Position numbers and translations under genes: made by a program. Positions 8,854 to 18,341 of a stretch of 64,000 bases of DNA are shown one piece after another (positions within the stretch are counted from its first letter, which is position 1; every line of letters begins with the position of its first letter). This stretch comes from Actinomycetota bacterium. GTDB lineage: Bacteria; Actinomycetota; Acidimicrobiia; IMCC26256; DASPTH01. The notes beneath the pieces were generated by a model, which saw nothing but the letters and a program-made list of their open reading frames with translations, was not told the DNA's origin and did no database searches. Where the stretch lies: the NCBI GenBank assembly GCA_046727575.1, contig JBKPCV010000033.1, positions 1,006-65,005 on the forward strand, read 5' to 3'.

Positions 8854-9865
8854 TCCCACGGAGGCGCTCGACCGCATCGCGACATTGCTCGAACGCGCGC
8901 GAGCGGGGCGGTACAAGGAGGAGGCGTTCCGGCGAGCCGCGGAGGCGATCCGCGACCGTCCGCTCGACGAACTGCAATCGCTCGCGGCACAGGGGCGCCT
9001 CCAGGACATCAAGGGCGTCGGGTCCAGCACCGCGCGCGTGATCGAGCAGGCGCTCGACGGCGACGTGCCGGAGTACCTGGCGCGGCTCGAGGCAGAGGCG
9101 GCGCCGGACGCCGGTCCGGGTGCCGACATCCGAGCTGCGCTCGTCGGTGACCTTCACCTCCACTCCAACTGGTCGGACGGCGGCGCCCCCATCGAAGCGA
9201 TGGCGCGCAAGGCCGCAGACGTCGGTCATCGCTACATGGCGCTCACCGATCACTCGCCGCAGCTGAAGGTCGCGAAGGGCCTCACCGCGGCCCGGCTGCG
9301 CGAGCAGCTCGACGTGGTCGCGCGACTCAACGAGGAGCTGGCCCCCTTCCGGATCCTCACTGGGATCGAGGTCGACATCCTCGACGACGGCACCCTCGAC
9401 CAGGACGAGGACCTGCTCGCGGAGCTCGACGTCGTCGTGGCGAGCGTGCACTCGAAGCTGCGAATGGCCGAAGAGGGCATGACCGACCGGATGGTGGCCG
9501 CCATGGCCAACCCCCATGCCGACATCCTCGGCCACTGCACCGGCAGGCTCGTCGTCGGCCGCGGCCGGCCCGAGTCGACCTTCGACGCGGATCTCGTCTT
9601 CGGGGTGTGCGCGCACCTCGACAAGGCGATCGAGATCAACTGTCGTCCCGAGCGGCTCGACCCGCCGATGCGGCTCCTCGAGAAGGTCGTCGCTTCGGGC
9701 TGCAAGGTGTCGATCGACAGCGACGCGCACGCCGTCGGCCAGCTCGAGTGGCAACCGTACGGATGTGCGCGGGCGGCCGAGGCAGGCGTCGACCGTGATG
9801 CCATCGTGAACACCTGGCCCGCCGAACGCCTCCTGGACTGGACGGCGTCCCACGCGGCGGCGTGA
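8822..9865 (+). CDS. PHP-domain phosphoesterase with N-terminal helix-hairpin-helix (PolX C-terminal-like)
   Basis: ORF 8744..9865. LQDIKGVGSSTARVIEQAL (HhH), then GDLHLHSNWSDGG...YMALTDHS...GIEVDI...ASVHS...LGHCTGR...IDSDAH. Start ATG 8822 or ATG 8849. Confidence 0.8.
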   Translation: MPERNRPSVMDPTEALDRIATLLERARAGRYKEEAFRRAAEAIRDRPLDELQSLAAQGRLQDIKGVGSSTARVIEQALDGDVPEYLARLEAEAAPDAGPGADIRAALVGDLHLHSNWSDGGAPIEAMARKAADVGHRYMALTDHSPQLKVAKGLTAARLREQLDVVARLNEELAPFRILTGIEVDILDDGTLDQDEDLLAELDVVVASVHSKLRMAEEGMTDRMVAAMANPHADILGHCTGRLVVGRGRPESTFDADLVFGVCAHLDKAIEINCRPERLDPPMRLLEKVVASGCKVSIDSDAHAVGQLEWQPYGCARAAEAGVDRDAIVNTWPAERLLDWTASHAAA

Positions 9866-9928
9866 CGAGGTGATACGCGCGCGGGTTCCGGAGTGCCAGG
9901 CTCCCGATTCTCCGGTATCAAAGAGGCC

Positions 9929-10960
9929 ATGACTCTCGACGAGATCCGCTGGCAGGCCGTGCTCGCACGTGACCTGGAGGCCGACTTCGTGTACGCGGTC
10001 GCGACGACCCGTGTCTACTGCCGGCCGTCCTGTCCGAGCCGCCGTCCCCGCCGCGATCGGGTGCGTTTCTTCGGTGGTCCTGATGACGCGGAGCGCAACG
10101 GCTTCCGCCCGTGCCGGCGTTGCCTGCCCCGGGAAGCGGCGGCCGACTCCCGAGTTGCCCGCGTCGAGGCCGCGTGCGCGGCGCTTGCGAGCGCCGACAG
10201 CTGCCCACCGCTCGTTGATCTCGCGGCCAAGGTCGGCACGACGCCCGACACGTTGCGGCGCGACTTCCAGCGAGTGCTCGGCGTGACCCCGAAGCAATAC
10301 GCGGTCGCGCTGCGCGTGGAACGCTTGCGCGACGAGCTTCGCGCGGGCCGCGACGTCACCGGCGCGATGTACGACGCCGGGTATGGATCGAGCAGCCGCC
10401 TCTACGAGCACTCCGACGCGCATCTCGGCATGACGCCTGCCTCGTATGGCGCGCGCGGCGCGGGTGCGACAATCGTCTTCACCATCACGGATTCGCCGCT
10501 CGGGCGTCTGCTGGTCGCGATGACCGAGCGCGGCGTCTGCCGCATCACCGTCGGCGACAACGACGCGGCGATGGAGGGCGCACTGCGCGACGAGTTCTCA
10601 GCCGCTGAAGTCGTTCGAGATGATGCGACGATGCAGCCGAGCATCGAAGAAGTGCTGCGCCGCATCGACGGCCTCGCGCCCGCTGTCGACCTCCCGGTCG
10701 ACGTGCGCGGCACCGCGTTCCAACTGCAGGTGTGGCGCGAGCTCACCCGCATCCCGCTCGGCGAGACCCGGAGCTACCAGGAGGTGGCCGAGGCGGTCGG
10801 GAAGCCGCTCGCCGCTCGAGCGGTCGGCAACGCGTGTGGCAACAACCCGGTGGTGATCGTGGTGCCGTGCCACCGTGTGATCGCCTCCGGCGGTGGGCTC
10901 GGCGGCTACGGCCTGGGGCTCGACGCCAAGCGCCTGCTCCTCGCCAACGAGGGCGACTGA
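9929..10960 (+). CDS. ada: bifunctional Ada: Zn-binding methylphosphotriester domain, AraC HTH, and O6-methylguanine-DNA methyltransferase
   Basis: ATG 9929 after AAGAGG. VYCRPSCPSRRP...FRPCRRC, AraC-type HTH, C-terminal VVPCHRVI active site. Confidence 0.9.
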   Translation: MTLDEIRWQAVLARDLEADFVYAVATTRVYCRPSCPSRRPRRDRVRFFGGPDDAERNGFRPCRRCLPREAAADSRVARVEAACAALASADSCPPLVDLAAKVGTTPDTLRRDFQRVLGVTPKQYAVALRVERLRDELRAGRDVTGAMYDAGYGSSSRLYEHSDAHLGMTPASYGARGAGATIVFTITDSPLGRLLVAMTERGVCRITVGDNDAAMEGALRDEFSAAEVVRDDATMQPSIEEVLRRIDGLAPAVDLPVDVRGTAFQLQVWRELTRIPLGETRSYQEVAEAVGKPLAARAVGNACGNNPVVIVVPCHRVIASGGGLGGYGLGLDAKRLLLANEGD

Positions 10961-13028
10961 ACCCCGCTCGGTCGACGCGAGCGTTCCCGGACCGGGACGC
11001 GGCAAGCTTGGGCCTATCGGGAACCTGACGCGTTCGACGGTTCGGGAGCGCGCGAGCACGCGGCCGCACTGGCCCGCGCTCGACGGCTGGCGCGGCCTGA
11101 CCATCTGGTTCGCGGTCTCGGTGCACGCCGGCTACTTCACGGCCGGTGGTGTGCTCTCCCTCGACACGTTCTTCGTCCTCTCCGGCTTCCTCATCACCGG
11201 CATCCTGCTGCGCGAGTGGTTGCGCGGCGACGAGGGGGGATCGGGGCGGATCGACCTTCCCGCGTTCTGGGCTCGTCGGGCGCGCCGCCTGCTGCCGGGA
11301 CTGTTCGTCGTGTTGGCCGCGGTGCTGTTCTACGCCGCGGTTCTCGCCCCGTCGCTGGGTCTCGACCGCGTCCGCGGCGACGTGCTCGGTTCGCTGTTCT
11401 ACGTCGCGAACTGGCACTTCATTGCGTCGGGTCAGTCGTACTTCTCGACGTTCACGTCGCCGTCACCCGTCTTGCATCTGTGGTCGCTGGCGGTCGAGGA
11501 GCAGTTCTACCTGTTCTGGCCGCCCATCGTCCTCGGTGTGCTGTGGATGGCCCGTCGGCGCTTCCGCGCTGAAGGCGCGGTCGCGGCGGTCGGCGTGGTC
11601 GCGCTGCTCGGTGCGGTCGCGTCAGCCGTGCTGATGGCGTCGCTCTACGTCCCCGGCGGCGATCCGTCGCGCGTCTACTACGGCACGGACACGCGCGCGC
11701 AGGCGATGCTGATCGGTGCCGCCCTCGCCGTCGTCGTCGTGCTGCACGGTCCGCTCCGGTCGCGCCTCGGCCGCTCGGTGCTCTCGTGCACGGCGGCGGT
11801 GAGTTTTGTGGGTGTCGTCCTCCCGTGGTTCGCGACGGACGCGACACGGGTGCACGACCTGTTCTACGGACGCTTCGGGCTGCTCGCGTACTCGGTCGCG
11901 ACCGCCGTCGTCATCTGGCGCCTGGCTCAGCCCTCACCGGGACTGCTCGGCCGCGCGCTCCGGCTCGCCCCCGTCGTGTGGGTCGGCGCGATCTCGTACG
12001 AGATGTACCTCTGGCACTGGCCGCTGTACCTCGTGGTCACTCCGGAGCGCACCGGGCTGAGCGGCGCGTCGGTGCTGTTCGTGCGGCTGGCGTCGGTCGT
12101 CGCGTTGGCGGCGGTCACCCACTTCTGGATCGGCGAGCCGATCCGACGCGGCGCCCGCCTGCGGTCCCCGCAATGGGCCCGCCTCGCGACGGTCGGCGTC
12201 GTGATCGTCGTCGGCGCCGGGGTGTTCGCGGCGACGATCAGCGCTCGGCCCATGCTGGAAGGCGACTTCGGGCAGGTCGCCGATCGTCGGACTGCGCCGC
12301 CGGCCGCGGCCGTCGCCACGACGCCGGTCAAGGTGCTGGTGGTGGGTGATTCCCAGGCTGTGACCCTCGCCCAGGGTTTCGACGCCGAACCCGGCCACAC
12401 GGGACTGAGCGCGGAACCGGGTCTCGTGGTGTGGGACCGCGCAATCCTCGGATGCTCGATCTCCACGTACTCGACGTACATCAGCCAGGGCCGCCATCTC
12501 CCGAACATCTGTGGCGGTCCGGGCCTGTGGCAGCGCCAGTGGTCGGAGGACGTCGCGGCGTTCGACCCCGACGTCATCGTCGTGCAGGCCGGTGCGTGGG
12601 ACGTCTACGACGTCGTCGGACCGGACAGCGCGCCGATCGTGCCCGGTGACCCGACCTGGATGCACAAGTACACGCGCAATGTCGGCGATCTGTTCGGCGT
12701 GCTCGGCGCGCGCGGTGCGCCGGTACTGGCGATCAGCCCGCCGTGTTACGGCGGCGTCCTGGCCACCGCCGGCGGCAACGTGCCACCAGAGCGCCTCGAC
12801 CCCCGGCGCGTCACGGCGGTGCGCACCGCGTGGCAACGCGCCGCGCGGGCACACGGCTTCCATCTCTACGACCTCGACAACACGCTGTGTCCGTCGGGTC
12901 GGTCGGACGCGTCGATCCGTGAGGACGGCGCGCACTACAGCAACGACGGTGCGAATCGTGTGGCTTCGGTCGTCGCGCGTGCGGCGCGGCTCGCCGCCGC
13001 CACGCGCACGGTCGGAGTGCACGGTTAG
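10893..13028 (+). CDS. acyltransferase-3 (OafA/YrhL-type) membrane domain fused to a C-terminal SGNH-like domain
   Basis: LDGWRGLTIWFAVSVH, LHLWSLAVEEQFYLFWP, about 10 TM segments, then VLVVGDSQAV...DGAHYS. The only canonical in-frame start is GTG 10893, inside the ada 3-prime end. Confidence 0.8.
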   Translation: MGSAATAWGSTPSACSSPTRATEPRSVDASVPGPGRGKLGPIGNLTRSTVRERASTRPHWPALDGWRGLTIWFAVSVHAGYFTAGGVLSLDTFFVLSGFLITGILLREWLRGDEGGSGRIDLPAFWARRARRLLPGLFVVLAAVLFYAAVLAPSLGLDRVRGDVLGSLFYVANWHFIASGQSYFSTFTSPSPVLHLWSLAVEEQFYLFWPPIVLGVLWMARRRFRAEGAVAAVGVVALLGAVASAVLMASLYVPGGDPSRVYYGTDTRAQAMLIGAALAVVVVLHGPLRSRLGRSVLSCTAAVSFVGVVLPWFATDATRVHDLFYGRFGLLAYSVATAVVIWRLAQPSPGLLGRALRLAPVVWVGAISYEMYLWHWPLYLVVTPERTGLSGASVLFVRLASVVALAAVTHFWIGEPIRRGARLRSPQWARLATVGVVIVVGAGVFAATISARPMLEGDFGQVADRRTAPPAAAVATTPVKVLVVGDSQAVTLAQGFDAEPGHTGLSAEPGLVVWDRAILGCSISTYSTYISQGRHLPNICGGPGLWQRQWSEDVAAFDPDVIVVQAGAWDVYDVVGPDSAPIVPGDPTWMHKYTRNVGDLFGVLGARGAPVLAISPPCYGGVLATAGGNVPPERLDPRRVTAVRTAWQRAARAHGFHLYDLDNTLCPSGRSDASIREDGAHYSNDGANRVASVVARAARLAAATRTVGVHG

Positions 13029-13035
13029 GCCGCCC

Positions 13036-13995
13036 GTGACAAAGCGCGCGAGCATTTGGAGGCACCCGCACTGTGCTTTGGTCGTGTGTGCGGTGCTATC
13101 GGTCGCCGTTGCGGCTGCGTGCACCGGAGGCGGCGGGAGTGACGTGACGTCGCGCGACACCACGGGGCCGCGAGCACAGGCCTCGTCCACGACGACCACG
13201 GCTGTCCCGACGACCGCGCCGCCCACGACAACCGTTCCCGACATCAGCGAGATCCCGCGTCCTGCCAACGTGACAGAGGACGGCTACCAGTGGTACGTGC
13301 ACTCGGGCGCAGACCAACCGCGTTCGCTGCTCGCCGTCCGTCGTAGCGCCCAGGTCCGGCGTCATCCCGCGGTGCTGCTCGCCGATACCTCCGGTGGCTT
13401 CAACCTCGACTATCTGATGTTCGCCGACGACCTCGTGAACCGCGGGTTCGACGTCGCGGTCGGGTGTGTGTACTCGGCCCCGGACGCTCTCGACCCTGCG
13501 GGTCGCAGGATTCCGTGCGCCGATGCACCGCTGTTCGACGGCGTCGCCGACACGATGGTGGCCCAGCTCGACGCGCTCGTGAAGGCGACGTACGAGGCGC
13601 TCGGTGTGTCGACGCCGCTGGCCGTCATGGGATTCAGTCGTGGGGCCGGAATCGCCGCGCTGCGCGCCAGCGCAGGCCGCCCCGAGGCCGCCGTGCTCGT
13701 GTCGGGCCGGTACGAGGGGTGGGGCGGCGCACTGCCGGGTGAGCTGGTGAACGTCGGCGACCACGTCACGGGCTGGCGCGCCCCGACGCTGATCCTTCAC
13801 GGCACCCTCGACGGCGCCGTGCCGGTTTCGCAGGCATACGCCCTCGAGGCTGCGTTGCGCGCAGTCGGCGCCGACGTCGTGAGTCACTACTACGAGGGCG
13901 CCGGTCACAACCTCTCGGGGGAACCAGCGGTCGGGCCCGACCTCGAGGACCGAACCGTCGGGTTCCTGTGCGCCCGTCTCGTCTGTCCTGCGTGA
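13036..13995 (+). CDS. lipoprotein, alpha/beta-hydrolase (dienelactone hydrolase-like)
   Basis: In frame with ORF 12511..13995. GTG 13036. Lipobox LSVAVAAAC, Thr/Pro linker, MGFSRGAG nucleophile elbow, LILHGTLDGAVP, GAGHN. Confidence 0.7.
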   Translation: MTKRASIWRHPHCALVVCAVLSVAVAAACTGGGGSDVTSRDTTGPRAQASSTTTTAVPTTAPPTTTVPDISEIPRPANVTEDGYQWYVHSGADQPRSLLAVRRSAQVRRHPAVLLADTSGGFNLDYLMFADDLVNRGFDVAVGCVYSAPDALDPAGRRIPCADAPLFDGVADTMVAQLDALVKATYEALGVSTPLAVMGFSRGAGIAALRASAGRPEAAVLVSGRYEGWGGALPGELVNVGDHVTGWRAPTLILHGTLDGAVPVSQAYALEAALRAVGADVVSHYYEGAGHNLSGEPAVGPDLEDRTVGFLCARLVCPA

Positions 13996-14005
13996 TACTC
14001 CTTGC

Positions 14006-14668
14006 GTGCCGAAACCCGACCTGTCGCCACCACGCCTTCCGAGCACTCCCGAGGTCGCGTCGCACGACCAGCTCGACAGCTACGACGAATGGAACGGGGA
14101 GCTGGTCACCGGTGCTGATCTCGCAGGAGCGAACGCCGAACACGTCCGCATCGGCCGGTCGGAGCTGCGCGGCGTCGAACTGACAGGCGCGGAGCTGCAC
14201 CGGTGCGCGTTCACCGACGTCAGGCTCGTCGATTGTGAGCTGTCAGGCGCGCTGCTCACCGAGGCAGAATGGCTAAGAGTCGAAGTGCGAAGCTGTCGAA
14301 TGTCGGGAATCGTCGTGTCGCGCGCTCGTCTCCGCCACGTTCGATTCGCCGACGTCAAGCTCGACGGCATCGACATGCGCCTGACTCGCGCCGAGCACCT
14401 GGCATTCACAGGATGCACCATGAACGACGTCGACTTCTACGAAGCGACCCTCGACCAGGTGACCGTCGACGGGTGTGACCTCCGCAACGCGCATTTCGCG
14501 GGCGCGCGAGCGCACGACCTGATGCTGCGCGGTTGCAATCTCGAAGGGCTGCGCGGCGCCAGCTCGTTGCGTGGCGCTACCGTCTCGTCCGACCAGGTGT
14601 TGCCAGTGGCGCTCTCGCTGTTCGCCGAAGTCGGCATCTCGATCGAGCTCGACACCGACAGCCCATGA
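14006..14668 (+). CDS. pentapeptide-repeat protein
   Basis: Consecutive A(D/N)LxG-type pentads (ADLAGANAEHVRIGRSELRGVELTGAELHRCAFTDVRLVDCELSGALL...). Confidence 0.85.
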   Translation: MPKPDLSPPRLPSTPEVASHDQLDSYDEWNGELVTGADLAGANAEHVRIGRSELRGVELTGAELHRCAFTDVRLVDCELSGALLTEAEWLRVEVRSCRMSGIVVSRARLRHVRFADVKLDGIDMRLTRAEHLAFTGCTMNDVDFYEATLDQVTVDGCDLRNAHFAGARAHDLMLRGCNLEGLRGASSLRGATVSSDQVLPVALSLFAEVGISIELDTDSP

Positions 14669-14678
14669 GCTGAACAAG

Positions 14679-14766
14679 TGGCGGAGGGAGTGGGATTCGA
14701 ACCCACGGAGACTTGCGCCTCAACGGTTTTCAAGACCGTCCCGTTCGTCCGCTCCGGCATCCCTCC
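14679..14766 (-). tRNA. tRNA-Ser(UGA), CCA encoded
   Basis: Reverse complement GGAGGGATGCCGGAGCGGACGAACGGGACGGTCTTGAAAACCGTTGAGGCGCAAGTCTCCGTGGGTTCGAATCCCACTCCCTCCGCCA. Anticodon loop CTTGAAA. Confidence 0.9.
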
Positions 14767-14805
14767 GAGTGCCAGGCTAAACGCGTCGCAGGAGCACGCG
14801 TCGCA

Positions 14806-14854
14806 ATTCATGGGCGCGATTTTCTCGCTGAGCGGAACTCACGCGCCCATGAAT
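14806..14854 (-). terminator. 13-bp perfect inverted repeat (attcatgggcgcg / cgcgcccatgaat, 23-nt spacer) between serS and tRNA-Ser; candidate terminator or processing hairpin
   Basis: Seen directly, 11 nt after the serS stop. No U-tract. Confidence 0.3.
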
Positions 14855-14864
14855 CGGCGCGCGG

Positions 14865-16118
14865 TCAGGTGCGCGGCTTGACCTCGTCGAAGTTCGTATA
14901 GGGCCGCAACACGTCGGGCACGACGAACCCGCCTTCAGGGGTCTGGTAGTGCTCGAAGAGGAACACGAGCGTGCGCGAGATCGCGCACGCGGTGCCGTTC
15001 AGCGTGTGGACGAGCCGGGTGCCCCCGTCGTCGCGGAAGCGCGTGCCGAGCCGGCGCGCCGAGTAGTCGAGGTAGTTCGAGCAGGACGTCAGCTCCCGGT
15101 ACCGGCCTTCCGACGGCAACCACGCTTCGATGTCGTACTTCTTCGCCGCAGGTGCGCCCAGTTCGCCCACCGCGATGTTGACCACGCGATACGGGAGGCC
15201 CAGAGCTGTGAAGATCGCTTCTTCGATGGCGAGGATCTGTTCGTGCTCCTCCCACGACCGGTCGGGGTGCGCATAGCTGAACATCTCGACCTTGTCGAAC
15301 TGGTGCACGCGGAAGATCCCGCGGGTGTCCTTGCCGTAGGTGCCCGCCTCGCGGCGGAAGTTCGACGACACGCCCGCGTAGCGCAGCGGCAGCGCTCCGG
15401 CCTCGACGATCTCGCCGCGGTGCAATGCCGAGAGCGGTACCTCGCTGGTCCCGACGAGGAACAGATCACCGTCGTCGACCTCGTACACCTGCGCGCGATC
15501 GGTAGGAAAGAAGCCCGCTTCCTCCATCGCGTGCTCGCGCACGAGCACGGGCGGTGCGACCGGCGTGAAGCCCTCGCGTACGAGAGTGCCTGTGACCCAT
15601 TGCAGGAGCGCAAGCTCGACGAGCACGGCCTCGTTGGTGAGATACGCGAACCGCGAGCCGCTCACGTCTGCGCCGCGCTCGGAATTGACGAACCCGATCG
15701 CCTCGCCGAATGCCGCGTGATCGAGCCCGGGCGCGCCGGTCGCGTCACCGACAACGCGGACGACCTCAGCATCGTCCTCGCCTCCGTCGGGCACCGATGG
15801 ATCCGCGGGGTTCGGCAGCTCGAGCGTGACCGCGCGAAGGGTGCTCTCGACGGCGGCGAGCTCCGTCTCGAGCGCGGTGAGCTCTGCCTTCAGCGCTCCG
15901 GCCGCCCCGATCTTCGCCGGCCGTTCCTCCGCGGTGGCCTTCCCGATCTCCCTGGACGCGGCGTTCTGACGCGCTCGCAGCTCCTCGACCCGCCGGCGCA
16001 GCTCACGTGCAGCGTCGTCCGTCGCGAGGGCCTGTTCGATCAGCTCTGCTGTGACGCCCTTCCGCTCGATGCCCTGCCGGTACGCCGGTTCCTCGTGCAG
16101 ACGCTTGAGGTCGATCAC
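14865..16118 (-). CDS. serS: seryl-tRNA synthetase
   Basis: ORF 14865..16181, GTG at 16118 (VIDLKRLHEEPAY...). Class II motifs FRREAGTYGKDTRGIFRVHQFDKVE, GELGAPAAKKYDIEAW, TLNGTACA. The start overlaps the pheA stop (GTGA). Confidence 0.95.
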   Translation of the reverse strand: MIDLKRLHEEPAYRQGIERKGVTAELIEQALATDDAARELRRRVEELRARQNAASREIGKATAEERPAKIGAAGALKAELTALETELAAVESTLRAVTLELPNPADPSVPDGGEDDAEVVRVVGDATGAPGLDHAAFGEAIGFVNSERGADVSGSRFAYLTNEAVLVELALLQWVTGTLVREGFTPVAPPVLVREHAMEEAGFFPTDRAQVYEVDDGDLFLVGTSEVPLSALHRGEIVEAGALPLRYAGVSSNFRREAGTYGKDTRGIFRVHQFDKVEMFSYAHPDRSWEEHEQILAIEEAIFTALGLPYRVVNIAVGELGAPAAKKYDIEAWLPSEGRYRELTSCSNYLDYSARRLGTRFRDDGGTRLVHTLNGTACAISRTLVFLFEHYQTPEGGFVVPDVLRPYTNFDEVKPRT

Positions 16119-17074
16119 GACTGACCTTCGCGTCTGACCTGGCCGCGCAACCCGTCCAGCCACGAATTGGCGTCGCGCCACGCCTTGGTCGCGGCGCGCC
16201 GTCGAACGTGGCCGTCTTCACCCGCGACCGGGTACGAACCGAGGAACTTCACCTGCGCCTGCTTTGCCTTGAGATTGCGCAGACAGTCGGCCACGATCTC
16301 ATCGTCGACATGTCCCTCGAAGTCGATGAAGAAGCAATAGTCGCCGAGGCTCTGCTTCGTGGGCCGCGACTCCAGCTTCGTGAGGTTGATCGCGCGCGCC
16401 GCGAACTCTTGGAGGATCGCGAGCAGTGAGCCGGGCCGGTCCTGCCGCTGGAAGCACACCACCGACGTCTTGTCGTGCCCGCTCGCGGCGGGGATCCCGT
16501 GTCCGACGATCACGAAGCGGGTGAGGTTCTCAGGGTGGTCCTCGATCTCGCTCGCGAGCACTTCGAGTCCCGCGTACTTCGCAGCCTGCAACGTGCCGAT
16601 CGACGCGATTCCCTGCTTCCTCGACTTGGCCACCTGTTGGGCGGCCTCCGCGGTGGAGTTGGCTGCCACGGCGGTCGCGTCGGGAAGATGGCGGGTCATC
16701 CACAGACGGGTCTGTCCGAGTGGGTTGGGGTGCGACACGACTGTGCTGATGTCGCGCAGCGTCGTACCCGGCTTCGCACAGAGGTGGAGCGACACCGGCA
16801 GGTCGACCTCGCGCTGGACGAGGAGGTCGGTGTCGAAGGCGAGGGTGTCGAGCGTGACGGTGATCGAGCCTTCGATCGAGTTCTCGATGGGGACGATGCC
16901 GAACTCGACCTCACCTCGCTCGACCGCGGTGATCACGTGCGGCACGTCGCGGAACGGGACCGCCTCGCCCGCGGCGAGGTCGTCCTGGGTGAGCAGCGCT
17001 TCCTCGGCGAACGTCCCGTGCGGACCGAGGAAGCCGACCCGGGTCTTCGCGGCCTCCGGCGCCATCGGCGGCAT
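16115..17074 (-). CDS. pheA: prephenate dehydratase with ACT domain
   Basis: VGFLGPHGTFAEEA, VPIENSIEGSI, TRFVIVG, ESRPTKQSLGDYCFFIDFEGH. Confidence 0.9.
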   Translation of the reverse strand: MPPMAPEAAKTRVGFLGPHGTFAEEALLTQDDLAAGEAVPFRDVPHVITAVERGEVEFGIVPIENSIEGSITVTLDTLAFDTDLLVQREVDLPVSLHLCAKPGTTLRDISTVVSHPNPLGQTRLWMTRHLPDATAVAANSTAEAAQQVAKSRKQGIASIGTLQAAKYAGLEVLASEIEDHPENLTRFVIVGHGIPAASGHDKTSVVCFQRQDRPGSLLAILQEFAARAINLTKLESRPTKQSLGDYCFFIDFEGHVDDEIVADCLRNLKAKQAQVKFLGSYPVAGEDGHVRRRAATKAWRDANSWLDGLRGQVRREGQS

Positions 17075-17114
17075 GGTAGAGGCGTCGACCGATCCCTCCC
17101 GTATCGTTTGACGC

Positions 17115-17495
17115 GTGCGGTACTGGACGCACGAGGAGGCGACCGACGCGTTGCCCCGGGTGCGCGCTCAAGTGCAGCGGATCCGCGAGCTGATCGCCGA
17201 AGCGCGTGCGCGCGGCGTCGGCGTCGCGGGGAACGGACACCGACCGTCGTCGAACGGTCATGGTGGCAATCCCGACGACGCCGACGGCGAGCTGCGCGGG
17301 CTCGTGGAGGAGTTCCAGCGCGCGGGGATCATCCTGCGCGATCCCGAACGCGGCCTGATCGACTTCCCAGCGCGGTCGCCGACGGGGCGCGACTACCTCT
17401 TGTGTTGGCTCGACGGTGAGGACTCGATCGAGTGGTGGCACTGGCCCGAGGCCGGCTTCGCGGGTCGGACGTCGATCAGCGACCCGCCGGACTGA
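17115..17495 (+). CDS. DUF2203-family protein
   Basis: [16 protein letters not shown]...[15 protein letters not shown]...[25 protein letters not shown] matches my memory of DUF2203. Confidence 0.7.
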   Translation: MRYWTHEEATDALPRVRAQVQRIRELIAEARARGVGVAGNGHRPSSNGHGGNPDDADGELRGLVEEFQRAGIILRDPERGLIDFPARSPTGRDYLLCWLDGEDSIEWWHWPEAGFAGRTSISDPPD

Positions 17496-18240
17496 CCTTG
17501 CCCGCGTTGATCGCCGCGCCGACGATGCCCGCTTCGTTGAGGAGCTGCGCCGGGACGATCTGACTGCGAGTCGTCAGGAGCGGCAGGAACTTGTCCGACT
17601 TCTTGCTCACGCCTCCTCCGACGATCATCAGGTCGGGTGAGAAGAGACGCTCGAGCGTGTCGAAGTAGGTGTCGAGCCGCTCCGCCCAGCGCTTCCACGA
17701 CAGCTGCTTCTCTTCGCGCACGCTGTCGGCGGCGATGCGCTCGGCCTCCTTCGTACCGATCGTCATGTGACCGAGCTCGGTGTTGGGAACCAGTACGCCG
17801 TCGACGAAGATCGCGCTGCCAATGCCGGTGCCGAGCGTGATCAGGATCACGACGCCCTTGACTCCTCGTCCGGCGCCGAACTCCATCTCCGCCACGCCGG
17901 CCGCATCGGCATCGTTGATGACCGTGACGGGTGCGGCGATCGCGTCCGAGAGCAGCCTGCGAGCGTCGGTGCCGATCCAGGCCTGGTCGACGTTGGCGGC
18001 CGTGTACGCGACGCCGTCCTTGACGACGGCCGGAAAGGCGGCGCCGGCTTTCGGCTGGGAAGCTTGCTTCCAGTCGAAGGACGCCGCGACCTGGGCGACG
18101 ACGTCGGCCACTGCTTCCGGCGTCGCCGGATGGGGCGTGAGGATGCGGCGCCGCTCCGCGACGAGCTTTCCGGTCGCGGTGTCGACCGGGGCGCCCTTGA
18201 TTCCGGTCCCGCCGATGTCGATCCCGAGGACGGTGGCCAT
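17476..18240 (-). CDS. ppgK: polyphosphate/ATP glucokinase (ROK family)
   Basis: ORF 17476..18327, ATG 18240. [20 protein letters not shown]...[13 protein letters not shown]...PNTELGH...[11 protein letters not shown]. Confidence 0.85.
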   Translation of the reverse strand: MATVLGIDIGGTGIKGAPVDTATGKLVAERRRILTPHPATPEAVADVVAQVAASFDWKQASQPKAGAAFPAVVKDGVAYTAANVDQAWIGTDARRLLSDAIAAPVTVINDADAAGVAEMEFGAGRGVKGVVILITLGTGIGSAIFVDGVLVPNTELGHMTIGTKEAERIAADSVREEKQLSWKRWAERLDTYFDTLERLFSPDLMIVGGGVSKKSDKFLPLLTTRSQIVPAQLLNEAGIVGAAINAGKVSPAGR

Positions 18241-18341
18241 GGCCCATTCTCTCGCTTCGCCGCCAGAACGCACGTCACCAACAGAGGTCCGTGACCAGGG
18301 CCGTGTGGCCCGAGCGCTCGGAGGCATACGGTCTTTTACCG

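Noticed and set aside
8672-10423. 583-aa minus-strand ORF spanning the PHP and ada loci. Similar long ORFs occur at 1997..3259(-), 7561..8631(-), 11934..13268(-), 26157..27911(-), 30672..31913(-), 38283..39068(-), 39716..41473(+) and 47081..48526(-).
   Set aside because: They are Arg/Pro/Ser/Gly-rich, carry no motifs, and lie antisense to or out of frame with genes that have clear family signatures. These are typical shadow ORFs of high-GC DNA.
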